The notes below the pieces were generated by a model. The model searched no databases. It was not told where the DNA came from and saw only the letters and a program-made list of their open reading frames with translations. A DNA stretch of 64,000 nt. Origin: a virus. Both the position numbers and the translations under genes were made by a program. This document shows positions 36,142 to 45,839 of this stretch, one piece after another (position 1 is the first letter of the stretch; each line of letters begins with the position of its first letter). The DNA is taken from positions 1-64,000 of the IMG/VR virus record IMGVR_UViG_3300033148_007251. One strand, given 5' to 3'.

Positions 36142-38250
36142 ATGAAAAAAGTAGCTATAATATGTAGTCCAGGTATGGACAATCATTTACAGGAGATAAT
36201 ACAATATCTGGGAGAGAATTATGAAACAAAGATTTGTGTTACTAATGATCAGGAAGCTATATATAATGTTTCAAAATGGGCGGATGTAATTTGGATAGAA
36301 TGGGGAGATCAGGCAGCAATTAATGTGACGAGGCAGGGTCAATTACTTTTTGGAAAACAGGTTATCTTAAGGATACACAGTTACGAAGTATTTACCAATT
36401 ATCTTGATTACATTAAATGGTCTGCAGTAACAGATTTAGTTTTTGTAGCTGAACATATTAGGAACCTTGCTATACAAAAATTTCCTCGTATTAGAAGAGA
36501 AGTTGATCGGATCCATGTAATACCAAACGGAATTGACGTAAAGAGGTTTAAAGGCATTTGTCCGGAGAACAATAAACAACTTGCATATCTTGGGTTCATC
36601 AATTTTAAGAAGGCACCGTTACTTTTGTTTACAGCTTTCGCCGAATTATTAAAAATGGACGCCAGCTATAAACTTCACATAGGCGGGACATTTCAAGAAG
36701 AGAGATATGCTTTATATTTAAGGCAAATGAGCGAAGATCTTGACATCAAAGATAATATAATTATTTATGACTGGGTGGAGAAACCGGAAGATTGGCTACA
36801 AGATAAAAGCCATATACTTTGTACCTCTGTTTTGGAGAGTCAAGGAAAAGGCATAATGGAAGCCATGGCGATGGGTCTAAAGCCTATTATACATAATTTT
36901 GTAGGGGCAAAAAATATCTATCCAAAGAAATATTTGTGGAATACGGTTTCTGAATTCTGTAATATGATCGTTATGTCGTCTCAATATGATCCGGAAGAAT
37001 ACAGAGAGTATGTTGTCGACAATTATGAAATGGAAGAGCAACATACTAAGATCAAAAACATAATTGACATTAACAAAAAACCGATTAGTGTTTTTATGGC
37101 AGACAATAAAGTTAAACCGATAACTTTATCCGTTACAATGATAATGAGGGACGAGGAAAAGAATATCGGGAGGTGCTTGGAATCAGTAAAAGGTATCGCT
37201 GACGAGATAGTTATTGTAGATACAGGATCAATAGATAATAGTGTGGCTATAGCAGAGGCGCACGGAGCTAAAGTCTATCATCATCCATGGGAGGACGACT
37301 TCTCACTCCACAGAAACCAAGTTATTGGTTATGCAAGCGGAGATTGGATGTTGCAAATAGACGCTGATGAAGAGTTGGTTATTAATGATAAGGGAAATTT
37401 AAAAGCGATTTTAGCTAAAATAAATCCAGAATATAACGGAGTGTCTATAGTTTTAAGAGATACGTGTATAGAATCAGGAACTCAATTTAATGCGTCAAGG
37501 ATATTCAGGCGGGGATTCGTTGAGTATCATAGAGCTGTGCATAATAAACCGATTTATGAAGGAGCAAGCAAATTCGGTTCCGTGTTAATCCAGGGCGTCG
37601 AGATAGTTCATTATGGTTCTCATTATCAAATATCAAAAGAAGAATCCAAAAAAAAGGGAGATAGAACTCGTAAATTATTAATCAAATCTCTTCGCAATGA
37701 TCCAGACGATTATGAATTGCTTTTTTATTTTATGCAATTGGAAGGAACCGTAGGGAATATCGAAAAGGCAGTTGAGTACGGAGAGAAATATCTGGCATGC
37801 AAAAATAAATGCGACGGTTTTAATGATTCTGTTTATTATTCAATAATAAGATTGAATATGGAAATAGGGAACATTGAAAAGGCTCGGCATTGGTTGAGGG
37901 AAGCGCAAATACTACTTCCTGGGGATTTAGACATAGCATTTGTAACGACTGAGCTGGGAGTTATTACTGGCAACGGTCAATTGTTACTTGAAGGCGCTAG
38001 AAATTACATAAAGCAATATAAGAGATTTCAGGAGAGCCCGGATCTTACGGGATGTCGTTTTATCTTTTCCCTTAAACCGGATAGCCTTTATTTTGTGCTA
38101 AAACACATGACTGCGTATTTATTGGGCGACGGAGTTTCTTGTTTAGACCTTTTAAAAGGTTCGATTGGAAATCTTTCCGTAGAACAGCAGGCAATCGCAG
38201 TTAAAGAAATAGAAGAAATATTGAGTCCAATTGGCGTAAAGACAAACTGA
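36142..38250 (+). CDS. double glycosyltransferase (GT-B/GT4-like + GT2) with TPR-like C-terminus
   Basis: VIPNGID, TSVLESQG..IMEAMAMG; then LSVTMIMRDEE..I.RCL.SV..IADEIVIVDTGS.D, W.DDFS..RN, LQIDADE; helical C-terminus. Confidence 0.88.
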   Translation: MKKVAIICSPGMDNHLQEIIQYLGENYETKICVTNDQEAIYNVSKWADVIWIEWGDQAAINVTRQGQLLFGKQVILRIHSYEVFTNYLDYIKWSAVTDLVFVAEHIRNLAIQKFPRIRREVDRIHVIPNGIDVKRFKGICPENNKQLAYLGFINFKKAPLLLFTAFAELLKMDASYKLHIGGTFQEERYALYLRQMSEDLDIKDNIIIYDWVEKPEDWLQDKSHILCTSVLESQGKGIMEAMAMGLKPIIHNFVGAKNIYPKKYLWNTVSEFCNMIVMSSQYDPEEYREYVVDNYEMEEQHTKIKNIIDINKKPISVFMADNKVKPITLSVTMIMRDEEKNIGRCLESVKGIADEIVIVDTGSIDNSVAIAEAHGAKVYHHPWEDDFSLHRNQVIGYASGDWMLQIDADEELVINDKGNLKAILAKINPEYNGVSIVLRDTCIESGTQFNASRIFRRGFVEYHRAVHNKPIYEGASKFGSVLIQGVEIVHYGSHYQISKEESKKKGDRTRKLLIKSLRNDPDDYELLFYFMQLEGTVGNIEKAVEYGEKYLACKNKCDGFNDSVYYSIIRLNMEIGNIEKARHWLREAQILLPGDLDIAFVTTELGVITGNGQLLLEGARNYIKQYKRFQESPDLTGCRFIFSLKPDSLYFVLKHMTAYLLGDGVSCLDLLKGSIGNLSVEQQAIAVKEIEEILSPIGVKTN

Positions 38251-38269
38251 AAAAAGAGGAGATATAATT

Positions 38270-39286
38270 ATGGCGACAAGTTCAAAAGCAAAAATTAGTA
38301 TAGAAACCGGTCAGACATTAGCACCTTATGCCGTGATGACTGATGGTGGTGATCATCAGATTTATAATCTTGGTACTATCTGGAGTGGAAAAACAGATTT
38401 TACTCCTTCTGTCCGTCCTAATGGCATGGTTTCTGGCAGAAATGTATTGTCCGTAAGTGCTGTTAATGATACGGTAACTGTAGCCGGATTTACTGCATAT
38501 GCAAAGGGCATAGAGAAGACTGTGTCAGCAACAACCGATACGTTTACAAGAGGTACTGGCCCTGGGAAAGCCAAAATTATTTCTGTGGTTATGGATTCTT
38601 CTGGATCAATCGCTGTAGTCCATGGAGAAGAAGGAGCGGACACTACTTTCAGCGAAGTAAGAGATGCTGCTGGCGGCCCTCCATATATTCCTGCCAATGA
38701 CGTAGAATTAGGGCAGATACGAACCACGGGCTCTACTGCAGCTGTAATAACAGCAGCAGAGATATTTCAGGTGGTTGGTACTCATACAGAGCGGTTTGAT
38801 TATCCAACATGGGATGAATTTAATGTTGGCAAAGGCATGTTGGCAAGTATTTCTGCAGAATCTCAATCACATATAAAGTTCGCTTCTGTTCTTACTCCTA
38901 TTCATACAGCAGCAGCATATAAGTTAACTTTTGTTGAGTACTATACACCTATTTTTTCTGAGCTTTCTAAAACAATGGATTTTACGCCAGTAGAGAATTC
39001 TCCAAGTGTAACATCTACTCAGTATTATAACGGTACAATTGCAGCCGCATCCAGATCGCTTGGAACAGGTAGTTTTACGGCTTTGATGAGCGATAATATT
39101 TCTGATGCTCTACTTAATGAACAAGATGAAGTTATCACAGTTAAGTTCTGGGCTGATCGAAATAAGAATCCGTTTATCTTGACTCAAGGAGAAATAGGAA
39201 TCACAAGAACTTTTCCGGTCGCTGCTCAAAATCAAGCTGCCGTAACGATAGCGGCTGAAAACGCAAGCGTATCATTTTTGAGTTAA
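38270..39286 (+). CDS. major tail (tube) protein
   Basis: Position before the chaperone and TMP; 338 aa, Thr/Ser/Gly-rich. Confidence 0.65.
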   Translation: MATSSKAKISIETGQTLAPYAVMTDGGDHQIYNLGTIWSGKTDFTPSVRPNGMVSGRNVLSVSAVNDTVTVAGFTAYAKGIEKTVSATTDTFTRGTGPGKAKIISVVMDSSGSIAVVHGEEGADTTFSEVRDAAGGPPYIPANDVELGQIRTTGSTAAVITAAEIFQVVGTHTERFDYPTWDEFNVGKGMLASISAESQSHIKFASVLTPIHTAAAYKLTFVEYYTPIFSELSKTMDFTPVENSPSVTSTQYYNGTIAAASRSLGTGSFTALMSDNISDALLNEQDEVITVKFWADRNKNPFILTQGEIGITRTFPVAAQNQAAVTIAAENASVSFLS

Positions 39287-39320
39287 CCATTTAGTGTGAT
39301 TAATAAAAAGGGGAAAACAA

Positions 39321-39755
39321 ATGGCATTTAATGAAGAGGCATTTAACAATGCTCATTTTGATGAAAGAACGGTAGAGGTTAAGGTTCCCGAACTGTCTAA
39401 ATTTTACGATGAAGGAGACAAGTTGATTTGGATAGTTCGGGGACTAACAGGGCATGAATTAGCAAAGGTTAACGAAGCCGTCAGGCTGAACAAAGATATT
39501 GATTCCATTCTTAGTGGGATTACATCTGAGACGCAAAGCAAGAAGATAGACGCCGTAAAAGAAGCTTTGGGCATTACAGATAGTTCTCCTGGAGATTTGG
39601 TTCGTAGAATAGCAGCGTTGCGTATGGCTTCTGTAAACCCTGTCTGTACCCAGGAAATGGTAGTGAAATTAGCTGATGCTTTTCCAACAACTTTTTATTT
39701 ATTAACGAATAAAGTTTTTGGGTTGACGGGGGAGGGTAAACAAGTGGGGGAATAG
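39321..39755 (+). CDS. tail assembly chaperone (gpG-like)
   Basis: Position; ends in GTG GGG GAA TAG with an open -1 frame beyond. Confidence 0.75.
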   Translation: MAFNEEAFNNAHFDERTVEVKVPELSKFYDEGDKLIWIVRGLTGHELAKVNEAVRLNKDIDSILSGITSETQSKKIDAVKEALGITDSSPGDLVRRIAALRMASVNPVCTQEMVVKLADAFPTTFYLLTNKVFGLTGEGKQVGE

Positions 39756-39916
39756 ATAGCCTCTGGAGAAACGTAGAAATTAGAAATATTCTTTCTCTTT
39801 GTTACGAGAAAAAGAAGTTTCTTTATGAGGCACGTCCTGATTTATTTCCGCAGGGGTTTGTAACGCAAGTTGAAATGGAACTCTGGTCAAGATTTTATGA
39901 AGATTTAGGATCGTGA
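39746..39916 (+). CDS. -1 frameshift extension of the tail assembly chaperone (gpGT-like)
   Basis: GGGGGAA at 39746-39752; -1 frame reads GIDSLWRNVEIRNILSLCYEKKKFLYEARPDLFPQGFVTQVEMELWSRFYEDLGS*. Confidence 0.7.
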   Translation, partial: GGIDSLWRNVEIRNILSLCYEKKKFLYEARPDLFPQGFVTQVEMELWSRFYEDLGS

Positions 39917-40063
39917 AAAAATAAGTTTAAAATTGATTACATACAGTTTAAGCTGTCCAGCTATACACTGGTATTGCTTTTTTATAAATCCTTAAGCAAT
40001 CGCTATATGGTTTAGTGGAATTGTAAAAAATAGCGACTATTAAAGATATGGATAAGTAGAAAC

Positions 40064-42631
40064 ATGGCTGATATTAAAAAAACTATTGATATAATTTTTC
40101 GGGGCACTGACCAACTTAGTGGCACTATTGACGTTGTGTCTGGTCAAATATCTGATCTTGGCACAAAAATTGAAGGTATAGCTACGCCATTATCTGAGGT
40201 TACCGACACCATTTTAAAAATTGATTTGGCTTTAACTGCTCTGGGGGGCGCAGGATTGGCATTTGCTTTTTCTGAATCATCTAAGTTTGAAGATGCATCT
40301 ATTGAACTACAGAAAGTTTTAGGGAATCAACCAGGTGCACTAAAAGTAGCAGAGGAGGCAGCGTTTGATTTATCTGCTCAATATGGAGAAAGCGGTTCCT
40401 CTATTTTATTATCAACGGCCGATTTCAAACAAGCTGGGTTTACCATACAAGATTCTCTTTTGTTAACCAAAGCAGCAATGGATTTGTCCATCGCTGGGTC
40501 TCTAGATGGTGCCGAGGCGAGCAGCATATTGATTTCAATATTGAAAGGTTTTAAGACTCCGGCTTCTGAGGCTGCACGATTAGTAGACATATTGAATGAA
40601 GTATCAAATAATTATGCAACCGATGTTAGAGAACTCGGTGTAGGCATGGCAGCGCTTTCGCCAATTGCTAAATTGATGGGGTTTTCATTTGAAGAAACGG
40701 CAGGAATATTAACCCCCGTTATTGAAGTTTTTCGTTCTGGAGATGAGGCATCAACTGCTTTGAAGATGGGTTTGTTGAAATTAATTGATGATTCAAAACC
40801 TGTCGCTGATGCTCTTGCAGGTATTGGAGTGGCTCAAAGAGATGCTAACGGTGACCTTAGGTCTGGAAAAGACATATTGTTTGATGTCGCTAGGGCATTT
40901 GAAACAGCCGACGAGAACGACAAGTTATTTTTAGCCTCTCAGTTAGTAGGAATTAGACAAGCGGCAAAGATGGTAGAGGTATTTGATGGTTTGGCCAAAT
41001 CAACCACAATTACCAACATTGCGATGGGAGCTGCAGGATCCGCAAGCGATGAGGTTGCAGTCAGACTTAAAAGTGGAACGGTTGTCGTTGATAAATTTAA
41101 ACAAGGCTTTTCTAATCTTGCAGTTGTTGTTGGTGATCAGTTTGGAGAAACGGCAAAAACGTCTATTGACGGGGCAACTGATGTAGAAAACGCTTTGCGG
41201 CAGATAGTTGGAGATGGAACTTTTGCTCCTATTTTTGCTGCTTTAAATGAGTTTGCTGAAGACATTGGCAAATATTTGTCCGGGATTGCATTGGCTATGC
41301 CAGAAGCCTTTGAGAAGATTGATTGGAGCGGGCTCTTAGACGGTATTTCCGATTTAACTGGCGGCCTAAGTGATTTATTTGAAGATATTGATTTAACAAA
41401 TCCAGAAGACTTGGCTGAAGTTATCCAGTTTATTGTTGATTCTTTAGAATCTTTAGTTCGGGTTACCAAAGGAATGGTGGATGTTTTTAAGCCGTTAATT
41501 ATAGACATTATTGAATCTGCAAAAGGGTTCAATGCTATGAATGACGAGACAAAAGAAACTTCCGGAAATATATTAGGAATCGCGAAAGCGATTACTGGAC
41601 TTGGCGTGGCGATGTCTATTGCGTTGGTTACGCTTGGTCAGAATGCAGATACTATTAAAACCGTTTTTAGCGTTGTAATAAACTCTGTAAAATTTATGTG
41701 GGATTCGACAGTTCTTACAGTTGAAGGTATTTTGTTATTTACCGCTGAGGCCGTTCAGGATTTACTAAAGGTTTTGAGGGGTGTTTCATTTGGCGATCTT
41801 GCAAAGGCTTTAGACGAAGCTTCTTCAGAGGTGCAAATATTTCAGGATAGCCTTAAAGAAGACATCGGTAAGCGGGCGCAATCAAATTTAGATATATTGG
41901 CAGGAGCATTTGGGGAAACCACAAAAGCTATAAAAGAAACATCCAAGGCAATTGAAGAAATTCCGGATGAAGTTGATTCTGAAATTGTCATAGCTGCAAA
42001 TTTGGCAGAATTGGAGGCTGAGCTTGACAAGGCAGGAGTCTTGATTAGAGAACAGGACTCAACAGTTGTAATTGATGCGGATACAACTCAGGCAACGGAA
42101 AGTATAGCCGTGGTCGCAGAAGAGATTCCCAACGTACTACTTGAGGTCAAACTTCAAGGTGATATAGATAAGGAAATAGAAAGGATAAAGGCTACTGCTG
42201 ATTTGGCCCAAACTTCTGTTGAGTGGACTGCAAAATTGAATATCGCAGAAGCGAAAAGCAATGCTAAAGTTCTTGAGTCAATATTTGATGCGATGTCGAA
42301 TACTATCACCAGTACAGGTAATGTCTTAGCTGGCCTTTTCGAGTTATTGACAGGTGATAATCTTGCAACTTTGACAAAATGGAATATAGAAGACCAAATT
42401 AAAAAAGAAAGTAAAATGCGTGAAGAAGCACATAAAGAAATAATGAAGCTCAATGAAGCTCAGAGAGAGTATATGGATGCAAAGACGGCAGCTCTCGAAT
42501 CAGGAGAAGGCCTCATTACGATTACAGCGGATGGTCTTGAACCCGAAATAGAAGCCTTCATGTGGAAGATACTTGAAAAAATACAGATTAGAGCAACAGC
42601 AGATCAAGCGGAATTTTTATTAGGTATGTAG
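40064..42631 (+). CDS. tape measure protein (TP901-like)
   Basis: 855 aa, helical and Ala-rich; FE.....L.KV, LVDILNEVSNNYATDV..LG, G.EASTALK. Confidence 0.9.
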   Translation: MADIKKTIDIIFRGTDQLSGTIDVVSGQISDLGTKIEGIATPLSEVTDTILKIDLALTALGGAGLAFAFSESSKFEDASIELQKVLGNQPGALKVAEEAAFDLSAQYGESGSSILLSTADFKQAGFTIQDSLLLTKAAMDLSIAGSLDGAEASSILISILKGFKTPASEAARLVDILNEVSNNYATDVRELGVGMAALSPIAKLMGFSFEETAGILTPVIEVFRSGDEASTALKMGLLKLIDDSKPVADALAGIGVAQRDANGDLRSGKDILFDVARAFETADENDKLFLASQLVGIRQAAKMVEVFDGLAKSTTITNIAMGAAGSASDEVAVRLKSGTVVVDKFKQGFSNLAVVVGDQFGETAKTSIDGATDVENALRQIVGDGTFAPIFAALNEFAEDIGKYLSGIALAMPEAFEKIDWSGLLDGISDLTGGLSDLFEDIDLTNPEDLAEVIQFIVDSLESLVRVTKGMVDVFKPLIIDIIESAKGFNAMNDETKETSGNILGIAKAITGLGVAMSIALVTLGQNADTIKTVFSVVINSVKFMWDSTVLTVEGILLFTAEAVQDLLKVLRGVSFGDLAKALDEASSEVQIFQDSLKEDIGKRAQSNLDILAGAFGETTKAIKETSKAIEEIPDEVDSEIVIAANLAELEAELDKAGVLIREQDSTVVIDADTTQATESIAVVAEEIPNVLLEVKLQGDIDKEIERIKATADLAQTSVEWTAKLNIAEAKSNAKVLESIFDAMSNTITSTGNVLAGLFELLTGDNLATLTKWNIEDQIKKESKMREEAHKEIMKLNEAQREYMDAKTAALESGEGLITITADGLEPEIEAFMWKILEKIQIRATADQAEFLLGM

Positions 42632-42712
42632 CATCTTAAAGTTTAATTTTAACGTAAATAATAACTTGACTTTTGTAAATTAAGTATTATCTTATGAAAA
42701 GGAAATACGGAT

Positions 42713-43060
42713 ATGGTATCCATAACAACTTCTACTCCTGTTACTAACGGCAAATTGTTGATTCGAAAGTATAGATTGGGTTCGCAGATAAAAAATGGGA
42801 CTGCCAGGATTAGCAAAGTTAAGACTCTTGATGGCGGAGTATCGGTGAATCACAATGGTTTTGCTGATGGAGACAGAAGTATAGATGTCAATGCCACATT
42901 AAGTGAATCTGATGCTGATATTTTGTGGGATATATTTACGGGTGAAACCTTTGTGACTGTTGCAATAGAAGATGGAGTTTATAATGCTGTGATAAAAACA
43001 GTTAATATAAAAGACAAAGTTAAAATAATCATAGAATTTGAGTCAAAGCTTAGTTGTTAG
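42713..43060 (+). CDS. distal tail-like protein
   Basis: Immediately after TMP; RISKVKTLDGG. Confidence 0.55.
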   Translation: MVSITTSTPVTNGKLLIRKYRLGSQIKNGTARISKVKTLDGGVSVNHNGFADGDRSIDVNATLSESDADILWDIFTGETFVTVAIEDGVYNAVIKTVNIKDKVKIIIEFESKLSC

Positions 43061-43072
43061 GAGGAACAAAAA

Positions 43073-43909
43073 ATGGCCGTAACGTTAACATTATCCAATC
43101 ATTACAAATACCAACTGATGAAAAAGAAAATTGATCTGTCGGCAGATACCTTGATAATGATTTTGATGAACAATACATATGCTTTTGATAAGGACACTGA
43201 TGCTACTCTCGCTAATATTGCAGCAGATCAATTGGCTACTGATCATGGATATACCCAAAATGCAAAAGAGTTGGCGAATAAAGTATTAGCTGAAGATGAT
43301 GCGAACGACAAAGGGAAAATGACCTGTGACGACGTATCGTGGACAGCTTCAGGAGGAAGCATAGGGGCAACTGGGGCAGCAGTTTTATTGGATTTTTCAG
43401 CGCTCGATGATACTGAGTTTTTTACAACTCAAAAAGATCAGGATTTTGTTGGAGGGTCTACGCATTGGGCGAACGGTGACCTTGGAACGACTTTTGACGA
43501 TACCGACAATTTAAGTCTTGTGTCATCCAGTACTGGTCAATATTGTAAAATCACCTTTACCGATATCGGCACAGCGCTTGTTGCAGGCGGAAGATATAGG
43601 TTACAATATGATTATTCTGAATCGCTTGCCGGCTATGAGTTTAAGATCAACGGTGTGAGTCTTCAGGTGCTCGGTGATGCAGTGGCTGGAACATCACAGA
43701 CAATAGATTTTGTGGCTGATGAATCGTTTACTGGTGCACATGAACTGAGAATTTATTCGAAAACAAACGCAGCCGCAGCCGGTGATTTTGATAATTTTTC
43801 ACTTAAAGAAATCGCCACGGTTATTGGTTGTATTGATTACGGTGGTGATTATACAATTACAGATGGATTAAGCTTTGCAATTAAAGATATCCAAATAGAT
43901 ACCGTGTAG
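43073..43909 (+). CDS. tail protein with inserted carbohydrate-binding-like domain
   Basis: N-part (IDLSADT...SWTASGGSIG) and C-part (IGCIDYGGD.T...G..F.I) of a small tail protein flank a roughly 135-aa beta insert ending FDNFSLKEI. Confidence 0.55.
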   Translation: MAVTLTLSNHYKYQLMKKKIDLSADTLIMILMNNTYAFDKDTDATLANIAADQLATDHGYTQNAKELANKVLAEDDANDKGKMTCDDVSWTASGGSIGATGAAVLLDFSALDDTEFFTTQKDQDFVGGSTHWANGDLGTTFDDTDNLSLVSSSTGQYCKITFTDIGTALVAGGRYRLQYDYSESLAGYEFKINGVSLQVLGDAVAGTSQTIDFVADESFTGAHELRIYSKTNAAAAGDFDNFSLKEIATVIGCIDYGGDYTITDGLSFAIKDIQIDTV

Positions 43910-43919
43910 GAGAATTGAT

Positions 43920-45839
43920 ATGGGATGGCTTTCGGATTGGCAGAATAGAAGAAAAATTACCATTAGCAATATTAATGTTGATGCTGTTTTGTCTGATTTC
44001 CCTATCCTTGTAAAAATTTCAGCAAGTTCAGGTACTGGCAGCACGGATATCACAGATATTTTTACTGAATTGGCTGGAGATGCCAATCGGAAGAAAATAG
44101 CCGTTACAGTTTCTGATGGGACTACTCAGTGTTATGTTGAGATTGAGAGATGGGATCATACAAATTCAGCAGCATGGTTATGGGTGAAAGTCCCATCTGT
44201 AGCTTCTGGTTCTGCAACCGATTTGTATATTTATTACGATTCGGCTCAAGCTGATAATACAACTTATATTGGAGATACAGGAGACACCCCAGCTCAATCT
44301 GTTTGGGACAGTAATTTCCAACTTGTTGCGCACATGGCTCAAGATCCAAATGGAGACATTGCTGATGCAATAAAAGATTCTACTGTTAATGCCAATCATG
44401 GAACTCCTGGCGGTTCTATGACGTCCGCTGATCTGGTTGACGGTAAGGTTGGAAAAGCAATAGATTTTGATGGTAATGATTTTCTTACCGTTACAGCGGA
44501 TGCAAGTTTAAAGTTTGGTACCGGCGATTTTACTATAGAAAGTCTGTTTAAAACAACCTCTGCCGATGCAATAGCTATGTTGAGCTATGGGGATAGAGCG
44601 AACAATCCTGGATGGACATCTTATGTCGGCGCAGATGGGCACGCAAAATTTATTATAGATGATGCTACAAACCAAGTAGTTATTGAAGATGCTGCAAACC
44701 ATGCAGATGGTTCTCTTCATTATTACTCTGCTGTCTTAGATAGGAATGGTAATTGTGTAATTAATATTGATAATGCTCCTGTCGCATCTGAAGATATTTC
44801 TGGGGTTAATTTAACATTAGATACTACAGATCATGATGAAATTAATATAGCACGGGCATGGTATGGAACCAGCTATACGGTATATTATACTGGCTTAATA
44901 GATGAAGTCCGTATTTCCGATACAGCCCGTTCAGTTGCTTGGGTAAAGGCAACTTATTACAGCAATTGGGATGGTCTGGTTTTATATAGTAGTCAGGAGG
45001 CTTTGGCAGAGATATTTTTTCCAAGCCCTATGGCTGTCACTGCATCTATACAATCGAATATACAAGTTGAATTGTCATCGAACTTATTGACGGTTACAAC
45101 GTCGATGCCGGTAATCGATATATATTACGGAGGTCTTGTTAATTGTCCTTCTTCTTTAGGCGCAGCAAGTTCTTTACAAGCGGATATCGAATTACTTATT
45201 CCTTCTGTTCGATTTACATCTGTAGGGACATTACAATCACAATCTGAGCTCCAAATATTTACAGGAGATGTTTTAGCCGCTACAGGTTCAATATTGGCAA
45301 CAGTAGAAGAACCTTTTTCTGTGGCTATTCTTCCACGTATTTATACATTTACATTAACCGGTGCGGCTGATGGTATCGCAGATATAGTGATACCAATAAG
45401 TTCATTCCAAAGTAGAATTAAAAGTGGAACCCCTACATATTTAAGCGTGGTTATTCCTGGAACCGATTATTCTTCCGAGATAAATTTGAGGCTTAACGGA
45501 AAGCTTGTTATTCGTATGGGGTATTTAAGTAACGACGAATTTATTTTATCGGAAATTATAGCGTCTGTTGATTTTGAAAGCATTATAATCAACGAAGGGG
45601 GCGTAAACAAATCTATTACGCTCGACGGTCATAAAACAGAAACATGGATACCAAAAGAAGTTGATTTGGTTGGTGCGAGTTATATGAATTTAGATAACGG
45701 AGAATTGAGATATCGCTGTACTCCAAACATATATGTGCGTCCAGGTGATACAGTAAGCATAAACGGGGACTCATTTATTGTTGAAAATATTACTTATTCT
45801 GTCTCTGCTGAATTAGAGACTTTTGAGGTGTCTGAATAA
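43920..45839 (+). CDS. tail protein with DUF2341 and LamG-like domains
   Basis: W..RRKITI, LSDFPILV, WLWVKVP, LYIYY; AIDFDG; GLIDEVRISDTARS..W. Confidence 0.8.
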   Translation: MGWLSDWQNRRKITISNINVDAVLSDFPILVKISASSGTGSTDITDIFTELAGDANRKKIAVTVSDGTTQCYVEIERWDHTNSAAWLWVKVPSVASGSATDLYIYYDSAQADNTTYIGDTGDTPAQSVWDSNFQLVAHMAQDPNGDIADAIKDSTVNANHGTPGGSMTSADLVDGKVGKAIDFDGNDFLTVTADASLKFGTGDFTIESLFKTTSADAIAMLSYGDRANNPGWTSYVGADGHAKFIIDDATNQVVIEDAANHADGSLHYYSAVLDRNGNCVINIDNAPVASEDISGVNLTLDTTDHDEINIARAWYGTSYTVYYTGLIDEVRISDTARSVAWVKATYYSNWDGLVLYSSQEALAEIFFPSPMAVTASIQSNIQVELSSNLLTVTTSMPVIDIYYGGLVNCPSSLGAASSLQADIELLIPSVRFTSVGTLQSQSELQIFTGDVLAATGSILATVEEPFSVAILPRIYTFTLTGAADGIADIVIPISSFQSRIKSGTPTYLSVVIPGTDYSSEINLRLNGKLVIRMGYLSNDEFILSEIIASVDFESIIINEGGVNKSITLDGHKTETWIPKEVDLVGASYMNLDNGELRYRCTPNIYVRPGDTVSINGDSFIVENITYSVSAELETFEVSE

